From positions 1,283-65,282 of the forward strand of contig CALVFA010000012.1 of the NCBI GenBank assembly GCA_944326725.1: a DNA stretch of 64,000 nt, read 5' to 3'. Shown here piece by piece: positions 9,800 to 18,537 of the stretch (within the stretch, counting starts at the first letter, position 1; each line of letters starts with the position of its first letter). The position numbers and the translations under genes are program-made. The notes under the pieces were generated by a model that saw only the letters and a program-made list of their open reading frames with translations, did no database searches and was not told the origin of the DNA. This DNA is from an uncultured Elusimicrobiales bacterium. GTDB lineage: Bacteria; Elusimicrobiota; Elusimicrobia; Elusimicrobiales; Elusimicrobiaceae.

Positions 9800-10105
9800 A
9801 TGACTAAAATAAATCAGTTTTTTATTAAGCCGTTTACAGCGAAGGGTTTTTGGTGGGGTTTGATTGATTTGTGCGTCAAAATTCTCACCATTGTGGTATG
9901 GGTATACCTGATGTGTATTCAGGTATCTTTGGTTTGGCAGTCTATCCAACTGGACTACAATCCTTTTACCCAGTTGTGGTGGTTTTCATATGCATTCTTG
10001 ATGTTTTTCGGCGGATCGCTGCTGGCTTATATCTTGCTTTTTGTGCGCGACTACAATGAAGAATATGAAGAAGAGGCACCTGCCACCGCCACAGAAGAAG
10101 AATAA
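9800..10105 (+). CDS. Small membrane protein (2 TM, acidic tail)
   Basis: Two hydrophobic segments; followed by hairpin terminator near 10122-10149. Confidence 0.7.
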   Translation: MTKINQFFIKPFTAKGFWWGLIDLCVKILTIVVWVYLMCIQVSLVWQSIQLDYNPFTQLWWFSYAFLMFFGGSLLAYILLFVRDYNEEYEEEAPATATEEE

Positions 10106-10471
10106 TTTTTTCCCTACAAACAAAACCCGCCGATGAGGCGGGTTTTTTTATGCAATTATTTCCTAAAAACTAAACATCTATCGCTCTCTCTACTGCCATT
10201 GCTCATTTCTTTTGCGGGATTTTCTCCCCTTCAAACCCTACCCCCTGCTGGATATTTTCAAACATAAAAGCCCCAGGCCTAAGCCTAGGGTTTCTTTTAT
10301 TTCAAAAATTCTCTTCCTATCCAGTTACTCCGCCGCCCAACTCTTTAAAAAGAGCTCTGCTCTCTTATAACAGGTGGCACATTTTGTCCCCGGGGCAATG
10401 CTCAAAAATTTTTGCAGGAGGGCTTTATAAAAAACCCCGGCTTTCGCCGGGGCTTTTTAGGTTCAGGCAGA

Positions 10472-11143
10472 TTAATAGACTTTTTTGAGCGTCAACACGC
10501 CGTCTTCAAAAAACCATTCCTCTATTAACTCCCCCGTTTCGCTGAACTTTTTGGTTACCCCGTTGGGTTTTCCGTCTTTATGCGGGGAAATCAAGGCAAT
10601 TGTGCCATTGGGGTGATAGATAATCTTATCTCCGATAATTTTGTCGTTTTTATAGGTGCATTCGGAGCGCAAATCCCCGTCCTGTGTATATACGCGGCAA
10701 AGGCCGTTTAAATAGCCTTTTTTATATTCGGCCACTTCCAAAATTTTCCCGGAAGGATAGTATTTCGTTTGGCGGCCTTCCTGGCAGTCAGACACATAAT
10801 GCATTTCTTTATGCAGGCGGCCCGTCGGGTGAAATACGCGCACAATCCCCTGCAGCTGGCCGTTTTCATAAGCTTTTTCAATGCTTACGCGTCCGTTCTC
10901 AAAGAAAATGCGGCAGCTGCCGTTGCGCACGCCGTTTCTAAATTCACATTCAAAATACACTTTGCCGTTTTCAAAAAATTCTTTTACCGTACCGTCCGGC
11001 AAAGCCCCCTCTTTTTTTACAATATCCAAATTTTTATCCAGGGTTTCGCGGTATACTTCTTTACCGTCTACAAAATACGTCCGCACAAATCCCACATGAA
11101 GCGGGTCATTCAAACTGACAGTTTTGCGCACAATCTCTGCCAT
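10472..11143 (-). CDS. MORN-variant repeat protein (YwqK-like)
   Basis: Repeated F/Y-x-x-x-G...Y-x-N-G-x-x-x-G units of about 24 aa. Confidence 0.85.
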   Translation of the reverse strand: MAEIVRKTVSLNDPLHVGFVRTYFVDGKEVYRETLDKNLDIVKKEGALPDGTVKEFFENGKVYFECEFRNGVRNGSCRIFFENGRVSIEKAYENGQLQGIVRVFHPTGRLHKEMHYVSDCQEGRQTKYYPSGKILEVAEYKKGYLNGLCRVYTQDGDLRSECTYKNDKIIGDKIIYHPNGTIALISPHKDGKPNGVTKKFSETGELIEEWFFEDGVLTLKKVY

Positions 11144-11146
11144 AAA

Positions 11147-12373
11147 TCAATCCTCCGGCATAGCCAGGGCGGCCGCAAAGCCGCAGCCCCAAGCAAAATG
11201 TAAATTAAATCCTCCGCTGCGTCCGTCCACATCCAAGAGCTCCCCTAAAATATACAACCCCGGGCAACACAGCGACTCCAAAGTATTATAGTTTATTTCA
11301 GCGCAATTTACACCCCCCGCCGCCACCATAGCTTCCGTCCACGGGCGCAGAGAAAGCGCCGTAAACGGCCACGCCCCCAGCGTACGCGCCACAGAAGTCC
11401 AGGTGTTTTCCGTCCAGGTTTTAACAGGCATATTCTTACGTATTCCGGCAAAATCAATCAGCAAATTAGCAATATTTTCATGCAACAGCCCGGTAAAAAA
11501 TTCTTTGGCTCTTCGGTCTGCAAAGCGCGCGGCGCGCTGTTTTAAAAAAGCGCTTTTATTTTCAATTTCCGGCAGTAAATCCACCGCCAGCGGCACAGGG
11601 TCTTTCTCTAAAGCGCGCCCAACGGGACCGCTTATATTAAGTACGGCCGGGCCGGAAAGCCCATAAGCCGTAAAGAGCAGCTCTGCCTCACTTTGTATTT
11701 CCTGTTTTGTACCCGGCCAAACGTGCAGACGCACTTGGGCCCGAATACCCTGCAAGCGGGCTACGGCTTTTTCTTTGACATTTAAAGCACACAAGGCAGG
11801 CGTCAGCGGCGTAATATGATGCCCCAGCAAACGGGCTAGGCGGTAGCCGTCTTCACAGCCACCGGCCTGAGGATAGGCTGCAGAACCGCACGCCAGTACG
11901 CAGTATTTGCAAGAAAAACTCTCCCCGCTCTCTAGCCTCACCCGGAAATGGTTTTTCTTTTCCACTTTGACTACATGGCTTTGCGTATGTATTTCAACAC
12001 CGGCTTCCTCACAAGCCAGGCGCAACGCTTCCGCCACGGCGGTAGACTTGCCTGTACGCGGGAATATACGGCCGTTTTCTTCCTCCACGGTCAGAACGCC
12101 TAAGTCATGGAAAAAGTCCAAACATTTTTGAAAGGGAAATTGCTGCAGTACCGCTTCAGCCAGCCGGGGCGTACCGCGGTAATCCGCCGCAGACACATGG
12201 GCGTTGGTCAAATTGCAGCGTCCGTTGCCGCTGACCAAAATTTTGCGCCCGGGCTGTGGTTGTTTTTCCAGCAGCAAAACGCTTTTGCCGCGCCGCTTGC
12301 ACTGCAGCGCGCACATCAGCCCGCTGGCACCGGCGCCCACAATAATTACATCATAAAAAACGTTGTCTTTCAT
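11147..12373 (-). CDS. HI0933/BaiN-family FAD-dependent oxidoreductase
   Basis: IIVGAGASG, GRKILVSGNGRCNLTN, GELLDVDGRSGGFNLHFAW; start placed at MKDNVFY. Confidence 0.92.
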   Translation of the reverse strand: MKDNVFYDVIIVGAGASGLMCALQCKRRGKSVLLLEKQPQPGRKILVSGNGRCNLTNAHVSAADYRGTPRLAEAVLQQFPFQKCLDFFHDLGVLTVEEENGRIFPRTGKSTAVAEALRLACEEAGVEIHTQSHVVKVEKKNHFRVRLESGESFSCKYCVLACGSAAYPQAGGCEDGYRLARLLGHHITPLTPALCALNVKEKAVARLQGIRAQVRLHVWPGTKQEIQSEAELLFTAYGLSGPAVLNISGPVGRALEKDPVPLAVDLLPEIENKSAFLKQRAARFADRRAKEFFTGLLHENIANLLIDFAGIRKNMPVKTWTENTWTSVARTLGAWPFTALSLRPWTEAMVAAGGVNCAEINYNTLESLCCPGLYILGELLDVDGRSGGFNLHFAWGCGFAAALAMPED

Positions 12374-12528
12374 TGCACTTACTATAGCAAATTTAACGAC
12401 GGGGCGGAAAACGTTTATATGCAAACTCCTACCCCGCGCCCCGCCAGGAGAGGGCTACATCTAAAAACATATTATGGTAAATAAATAATAGGACATAAAA
12501 AAACCTCTTCTTCAGAAGAGGTTTTATA

Positions 12529-12605
12529 TGGTGTCACCGGGTGGGCTCGAACCACCGACCTAGCGCTTATGAAACGCTCGCTCTAACCAGCTGAGCTACG
12601 GTGAC
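12529..12605 (-). tRNA. tRNA with CAT anticodon (elongator Met or Ile2; not initiator)
   Basis: GTCACCG acceptor stem, AGCGT-TTCATAA-GCGCT anticodon arm, GGTGG-TTCGAGC-CCACC T arm, encoded CCA. Confidence 0.93.
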
Positions 12606-12682
12606 GTAAATCGGATATAGATATTATAACAAAAGCGCGGCGGGAGTTGCAATCCCGCCGCATTTTTTCAAGCAAAAATACG

Positions 12683-13282
12683 TTAATCTATCATGGTATA
12701 AGCATTTAATTTTTCCGGTACTTGGCCGCTTTTAGCCATTTCAAAGTCCTTATTGGCCGCTTCTGTATCTCCCATCTTCAGGTAAGCCGCCCCCCGGGCA
12801 TTATACACATCTGCCGCCGGGCGAAGCTGGAGCACATAAGAATAATCCTGCACCGCCTGGTCATATTTTCCCAACATAAAATTAATTCCGCCGCGGGAGA
12901 AAAACACTTCCGGCTTATTGGGGGCCAACACCAACGCCGCATTGAGGGCCTGCAAAGCATCTTCATAATGCCCTTGGGCCGCCAGCACAGAGCCCAGCGC
13001 AGAATATCCTTCCGGCTCATAAGGATTAATCGTCAGCACCCGGACAAAATCTTCTTTTGCCGCGTTGTAATCACCGGTAAAGAAGTACGCTGCGCCCCGG
13101 GCGGCGTATATACTGCCGTTATCGGGGTTTAATTTAAGAGCCCGGTTGTAAGCAGCCAACGCTTTTTGCGGTTTGCCGTCTTTAAAATAGCCGTCCCCGC
13201 GCGTTTTCCACTCTGAGGAAGTAGGCAATGTCTGGCAGGCACACAGCAAAGAAACTGCAAATAGAAAAAATATTTTTCTCAT
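12683..13282 (-). CDS. TPR-repeat lipoprotein
   Basis: Lipobox LCAC; repeated RG...G-Y..A..DF TPR units. Confidence 0.88.
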   Translation of the reverse strand: MRKIFFLFAVSLLCACQTLPTSSEWKTRGDGYFKDGKPQKALAAYNRALKLNPDNGSIYAARGAAYFFTGDYNAAKEDFVRVLTINPYEPEGYSALGSVLAAQGHYEDALQALNAALVLAPNKPEVFFSRGGINFMLGKYDQAVQDYSYVLQLRPAADVYNARGAAYLKMGDTEAANKDFEMAKSGQVPEKLNAYTMID

Positions 13283-13532
13283 ATGTAACTCCTCTGTAAA
13301 AGTCCCAAAAAATTATAGCACAAAAGGCCCAGTTTCTTCTAGGCACAAAAATTTTTACCGGTTGGGCCCAAAGGCCCTGTTGCTACGTCTAAGCAAATGT
13401 TAGAGTATAAATGTCAGGAAGAAACAATTTACCCCCAAACCGCTGCAGTCCCAAACCCTGCTGCAGCGGTTCCCCTTTAACCCCCGCCTTGCGGGGGTTT
13501 TTATTGCTGTCGCGCCCGCCGGATATGATAGA

Positions 13533-14312
13533 ATGAATAAAATGGAGGGAACTGTGCCCAACAATATCAGCCTTTTTATCATTACTAAAAATGAAGAAGC
13601 CAAAATAGCCCGCTGTATCTTAAGCGCCAAAGAACTGGTAAGCGAAGTGATTGTAGTAGACGGCTTCTCAGAAGATAAAACAGTTCAAAAAGCCCAAGAG
13701 CTGGGCGCGCAGGTATACCAACGCGCCTTTGACGGCTTTGCCAACCAAAAAAACTTTGCCTTGGACAAAGTCAGCCATACCTGGGCCCTGAACCTAGACG
13801 CAGACGAAACCCTTTCTGAAGATCTTTGCCAGGAAATACGCCGCACACTCCAAAGCACCTCCCACGCCGGGTTTACTATTCCGTTTTCCAATTATTTTTT
13901 GGGCAAACGCATGAAACACAGCGGTCTTAACAAAGAATACCACTTGCGTTTAGTAAGAAAAGACGCCGCCCATTACGAAGGCGGCCTGGTGCATGAAGGA
14001 TTAAAAGTCAATGGGTCAGTGGGGCAGTTAAAGGGGCACATTCTTCACTATTCCTATGACAGCATAGAGGCTTACTTCAATAAATTTAATAAGTACACTA
14101 CGTTAGCCGCCCGGCAAATGTATAAAAACGGCCGCCGGTTCAGTTTGTTGTTTGTGCTGATTACCCTGCCGTTTGAATTTTTTAAGCGTTACATACTCAA
14201 GCTGGGCCTTTTAGACGGAATGCGCGGCTTTATATGGGCGGCATTCTCTTCTTTTTATGTATTTGTAAAATACATGAAACTATGGGCTTTGCGACAAAAG
14301 GATAATTTATGA
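13533..14312 (+). CDS. GT2 glycosyltransferase (WaaE/KdtX-like)
   Basis: IITKNEE, VVDGFSEDKT, LNLDADE, VHE, GLLDGMRG. Confidence 0.92.
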   Translation: MNKMEGTVPNNISLFIITKNEEAKIARCILSAKELVSEVIVVDGFSEDKTVQKAQELGAQVYQRAFDGFANQKNFALDKVSHTWALNLDADETLSEDLCQEIRRTLQSTSHAGFTIPFSNYFLGKRMKHSGLNKEYHLRLVRKDAAHYEGGLVHEGLKVNGSVGQLKGHILHYSYDSIEAYFNKFNKYTTLAARQMYKNGRRFSLLFVLITLPFEFFKRYILKLGLLDGMRGFIWAAFSSFYVFVKYMKLWALRQKDNL

Positions 14313-15082
14313 TTTGGCTATGGCTGATTCCATTGGCAGTTTTGCTGGCAGCAGCGTACCGCTGGCAGTTTTGGCGTATCCCTAAAAAAGGGCTTTTGGC
14401 TTTGATGTATCATCATATTGGTACGGTCGAACAAACAGACGGGCAATTTCCTTTTACCGTCACACCCCAATGCTTTGAACAGCAGCTGGATATGCTGCAA
14501 AAGCACGGCTTTACCCCGGTAGGACTAGAGGAAGTAAAAGAAGCCGCCCGTACCGGCCGCCGTCTGCCGGCCAAGCCGGTATTATTAACCTTTGACGACG
14601 GACATTTGGATAACTTTGAGAACTTGTTTCCTATTTTGAAAAAGAGGAATGTAAAAGTCATTCTCTTTTTAATTACAGATTATATTGGCCAAAAACCGGG
14701 CTATATTTCTTGGGAACAAGTTCTTGAAATGCACCAAAGCGGTCTAGTGCAGTTTGGCTCGCATACGCTTTCCCACGCCCGCCTGCGCAAGCTCTCCGAA
14801 GAAGATATTTTAAGAGAACTGACCCAAAGCAAAAAAGTGTTGGAAGAGCATCTAGGCGTGCCGTGCGAAGCGTTCTGCTATCCTTTTGGCTCCGGCGGCT
14901 TTGACAAACGGGTGCGCCCGCTGGTATTTAAAGCCGGTTATCTGTTTGACTTTAGCACCAAGCCAGGCATCAACCCCTGGCCGTGGAAAGCCAAGAAAAC
15001 CTTGCTGCGCGCCTTTCCCCGCGGGGGCGAAACTTTGACCGACTTCTACGTGCAAATCACCCGCGGCAAGAGCAAATTTTAA
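14309..15082 (+). CDS. Polysaccharide deacetylase (NodB/IcaB-like)
   Basis: LMYHHI, LLTFDDG, GSHTLSH, FCYPFG. Confidence 0.92.
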   Translation: MIWLWLIPLAVLLAAAYRWQFWRIPKKGLLALMYHHIGTVEQTDGQFPFTVTPQCFEQQLDMLQKHGFTPVGLEEVKEAARTGRRLPAKPVLLTFDDGHLDNFENLFPILKKRNVKVILFLITDYIGQKPGYISWEQVLEMHQSGLVQFGSHTLSHARLRKLSEEDILRELTQSKKVLEEHLGVPCEAFCYPFGSGGFDKRVRPLVFKAGYLFDFSTKPGINPWPWKAKKTLLRAFPRGGETLTDFYVQITRGKSKF

Positions 15083-15861
15083 TGTCTATGTCTTTTGTTT
15101 TCCTTATCGCCGCGCTGTGTTTGGCGGCTGTTTTATTTTGGGCTCCGCTGTTAAAACCCAAAACACAAACATTGCCTATACTGCTTATTGGCAAAACAGG
15201 CACCCCGCCGCATAACAGCCACGATAAAAAACAATGGCTCTGCCTTGCTAAATTAGAAAAACTGCTGGCCCGGCTTAACGCCCGCGGCTTTACGGCTATT
15301 TTGCCTCAAGACATAGCCAAAAATGCGTTGCCTGCGCGCCCCGTCATCTTACTCTTTTACGGCGGATATCAAAGCGTATACAGCCAGGCATTTGCCTTGT
15401 TAGAAAAATACGCTTGCAAAGCCTGCGCGGCACTGCCGGCGGGACTTATTGGGCAATATGACGCTTGGCAAAACCCAGGGCAGGGCCCCTGGCAAAATTT
15501 GCTTACCGCCCCGCAAATCCAACAACTGCAAAAAAGCAAACGCATTGAATTCATTTCCACCACTTTAGACGGCACTTCCGCCAGCGGTGAAGCAGACGAA
15601 AAAGAATGTTGGAAATTACCAGAAAACAAGACCCGCCTGCAGTATCTGTATAAACTGAAAACCAACGCCGTCTATTTCCCCCCGCCGGACCCACTCCGCC
15701 CCGCCGTATTGCAAACAGCGCGGCAGCATTTTGCGCTCCTGATTGGCAATCAAAAAGGCAACAACCCCCTGCCACTCAACACGACAGACCCCTTGCGGGT
15801 TCTGCCAGTACAAAACGGAACTTGTCTGCTCCGGCTCTTTTGGAAAATGGAAAGAAACTAA
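15082..15861 (+). CDS. Degenerate polysaccharide-deacetylase paralog lacking catalytic motifs
   Basis: Colinear with upstream gene (LPARPVILLFYGGY vs LPAKPVLLTFDDG; FISTTLDG vs FGSHTLSH); TAATG overlap start. Confidence 0.7.
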   Translation: MSMSFVFLIAALCLAAVLFWAPLLKPKTQTLPILLIGKTGTPPHNSHDKKQWLCLAKLEKLLARLNARGFTAILPQDIAKNALPARPVILLFYGGYQSVYSQAFALLEKYACKACAALPAGLIGQYDAWQNPGQGPWQNLLTAPQIQQLQKSKRIEFISTTLDGTSASGEADEKECWKLPENKTRLQYLYKLKTNAVYFPPPDPLRPAVLQTARQHFALLIGNQKGNNPLPLNTTDPLRVLPVQNGTCLLRLFWKMERN

Positions 15862-15967
15862 ATCTATTTTGGACGGGAAACAAAAAGAGCAGAATTTTTT
15901 GTTCTGCTCTTTTTTTTGCCGTCGGTTTCTGCGCTCTCTTTTTATGATTGGTTAGGGGCAAATCCGT

Positions 15968-16372
15968 TTATTTATTTTCTCTTTTTTCCATTTTATTACA
16001 CTGCTTACGCCCCGGTTGTCCAAGCGGATTTTGAAGATTAATGAAGCATTGGGTGGGTCTTTTCTCTGACCCAGACAAATGAAATATAGGGCGCACATAC
16101 ATACGCTGTTTGTCTTTTTGATATTCCAGAATAAAAATTTCCCGCTCTGCTTGTTCTTCGTTGCACGTTTCCCGCACAAAACGCCTGTTTTGGCTGGCAA
16201 AAAAATGGTTATATACCCCCAGCAACGCCCGCAAAAATGCACTGGCGCCCTTTTGGTATATCTTTCCTAAACGGGCATATAAGTAAGCCCCTTCTTTTTG
16301 CGCCTGTATAAAAATACTATTCTCTAAGTGGACCTTATTCCATTGGGGTAGCGAATCAATGTTTTTTTTCAT
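15968..16372 (-). CDS. Hypothetical protein (possibly degraded)
   Basis: 134-aa ORF with ATG; no recognisable motif. Confidence 0.35.
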   Translation of the reverse strand: MKKNIDSLPQWNKVHLENSIFIQAQKEGAYLYARLGKIYQKGASAFLRALLGVYNHFFASQNRRFVRETCNEEQAEREIFILEYQKDKQRMYVRPIFHLSGSEKRPTQCFINLQNPLGQPGRKQCNKMEKRENK

Positions 16373-16756
16373 GTTTCTTTTTTTAACTTAAAAGACAGTC
16401 GGAAAATCATAACTGGGAAATGCCAAAATACATCAAAGGCCCCCAGCCAAGCCTGAATACTTGCGCCTGAACTTACACCTACATGCCCACAAGTCGGGCC
16501 TAGTGGGGCCATGCCTGATACTTGCGCCTGAGCTTATGCCCGAATGCCCGAAGTATGATTATCGAGCCCCCAACTGCACCTACTATACTTTCATTCAGCC
16601 TCGTACTTGATTTACTAAGTACTGCCTATGCCCCCCTTAAAATAGAACAAAACTCCCCGCCGGCAAACTATATTTCTGAACATAGTGAAACGAAGAAAGA
16701 AGATATGGTACTGCTTTTGGACTTGCCTGCGCATTATATTTCCAGGCATGCTAAAA

Positions 16757-16782
16757 CCGGGAGAGGGGTTTTCCCTCTCCCG
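16757..16782 (-). terminator. Intrinsic terminator downstream of small peptide ORF
   Basis: Minus strand CGGGAGAGGG-aaaac-CCCTCTCCCG then GTTTT. Confidence 0.65.
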
Positions 16783-16822
16783 TCGGTCCGCGCCTTCTTT
16801 TGTGACGCCGGAACACGCAAAT

Positions 16823-16912
16823 TTATTTCATGTGATACCATTCGCTGGCAAAGCCCCATACCGCCACCGCCAGCAAAAGAGTCAGGACAACGCGAAGCAG
16901 AATATCCATCAT
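16823..16912 (-). CDS. 29-aa single-TM hydrophobic peptide (not in ORF track)
   Basis: Manual translation MMDILLRVVLTLLLAVAVWGFASEWYHMK*; sits between a structured leader and a terminator; no clear SD. Confidence 0.55.
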   Translation of the reverse strand: MMDILLRVVLTLLLAVAVWGFASEWYHMK

Positions 16913-16922
16913 AAAACTAACA

Positions 16923-17199
16923 GAGTTAGTAAAGTTTTCAAAACCAATATTTTTAATTCTCTTCTAATTTTTAAGTTTTAAATATTTAATTTTGTAACTT
17001 TACTAACTCAAGTCTCTATTTATTTGCTAGAATAAGACCGCATAGCTCTGGCAAGAAATATGCGGTCGGGACGGCAGAGAACAACATACCACAGGGCTGT
17101 GATACCGGACCGGAGCCCCGGTCCTTCTCTGCAAAACGCCTCGCCAGCGTTTGTCCGTCCGAAGAAAATGGAGAAAGGGCCAAGCAGAATGCTTTGTCT
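16923..17199 (-). ncRNA. Candidate structured RNA or long 5' leader (RNA A)
   Basis: Multi-branch pairing 17069-17160, hairpin 17036-17067, long hairpin 16923-17009 with perfect 14-bp base; promoter TTGACA-18-TATGCT at 17235-17206. Confidence 0.55.
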
Positions 17200-17282
17200 T
17201 ATGTTAGCATAGTAAGTTTTGTTAGCTTTTGTCAAGCTTTTTCTATTTTTCTTTTTCTTGCCCAAATACAGAGAGGAAAAAT

Positions 17283-17984
17283 ATGAACAAATTTGAGAAA
17301 CAACTGGAAAAATGGAATAATGGCGTACTGAGAGGGGCACAAGCTAAGTTAGCAAAAACACTAGGCGTCTCCACCGCCACCACTGCTTTATGGGCCACCG
17401 GCAAGCGCCGCCCCTCTAAAGGATATGTTGCTCAAATGGCCCTGCTTTTCGGCATGGACGCATTCGACGTATTTAAACTTTTTGATTACCATTCCATTAC
17501 TTATCCGGAGCCAGGTCTGCATAACCACGCCCATGCCCTGCGTGACCAAGATGTTAACGGTTGTTGCTATACTACTACAGCAGAACCAGAGATGGCGGCG
17601 GCCCCCGCACAAAGCAACAGCGTACAGCTTCCCTTCCTAGACAAAGTGCCCCCTTCTTATCCCCAGTACGAAGAAAGTGACATTATTGAGTGGTGGAGCC
17701 TTCCCCGCCGCTTTGCCCAGGGGGCCAAATATATTTTGCGCACGGCAGATACCGGCTGGGACGATAAAGCAGATAACGACGATTTATGCCTAGTCAAACC
17801 CGGCCCTGAATTAACGGAAGGGAAAATTGTTTTGCTTGAAAAACGTCCCGAAGAGTACATAGCGCGGCGCATTAAAAAAGAAGCGGGAAAAATCATTTTT
17901 CTCTCTTCCGCTGGAAAACAGAAAGAGAATGCCCCTGCTGGACGCATTTTGGGCACCCTGATTAAACGTATTAAAAACCTATAA
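17283..17984 (+). CDS. XRE-HTH repressor with degenerate S24 (LexA/CI-like) C-terminal domain
   Basis: QAKLAKTLGVSTATTALWATGKRRPS HTH; C-terminal DDLCLVKP..GKIVL..YIARRI..RILG; lacks GDSM serine; SD GAGG. Confidence 0.8.
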   Translation: MNKFEKQLEKWNNGVLRGAQAKLAKTLGVSTATTALWATGKRRPSKGYVAQMALLFGMDAFDVFKLFDYHSITYPEPGLHNHAHALRDQDVNGCCYTTTAEPEMAAAPAQSNSVQLPFLDKVPPSYPQYEESDIIEWWSLPRRFAQGAKYILRTADTGWDDKADNDDLCLVKPGPELTEGKIVLLEKRPEEYIARRIKKEAGKIIFLSSAGKQKENAPAGRILGTLIKRIKNL

Positions 17985-18025
17985 ATCCCCCTTGTTTTTA
18001 GCCTAAATAGGCTTATACTTATAGT

Positions 18026-18421
18026 AGCCCCCAGATAAGGCTGGGATATGCAGGACAGAAAATGTGCGCCGGAGCCAGTTTTGCCCGGTGATGCAAAACG
18101 GCGTAAGGTGTATAAACTGGTCGGGCCGTGCCAGCCAGATACCGCGAAGAACGGTGAAGCATAAGTACACGGCTTTGAAGCAGAAAAATAAATGTTCCTT
18201 GAAAATAAAACCGAAAACTGCAGCCGTATGCGGTGCGTACGCTTAGGTTTCTGTTGTGAGAACAGAGATAACTGAGAAACGGTCCGATAGTTGTGGTTGG
18301 TTTTGCCTGGAATATTTCACTGCCTTGTGATCTTAAGGCCAAATCCCGGGGAAGGAAAGAAAATGAATGAGTGCACCTAGAGCCCTCCGTATTTATGGAA
18401 TACGGGGGGCTCTTGTTTTTT
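18026..18421 (+). ncRNA. Candidate ~390-nt structured non-coding RNA (RNA B)
   Basis: Promoter-like TTGTTT-16-TATACT (17992-18019), several hairpins, strong terminator 18380-18421, no convincing CDS. Confidence 0.45.
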
Positions 18422-18537
18422 CCCCGGCCCCGCGGCAGACTTTTCTCCAAAAACACATCATTTTTCTTTCCCTTCTTCATAGACGTGCAAAAATTGCTGA
18501 TTTAAGTAAATTTTGATATAATATGTCAAGGGTTTTT

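Noticed and set aside
16522-16981. Plus-strand 130-aa and 98-aa ORFs
   Set aside because: No SD or motifs; they cross a terminator and the minus-strand peptide unit.
18026-18421. RNase P RNA or tmRNA
   Set aside because: Lacks GAGGAAAGTCC and ACAGAA-N-CGGCTTA of the P4 helix, and lacks the tRNA-like GGGG...TTCGA...CCACCA ends.
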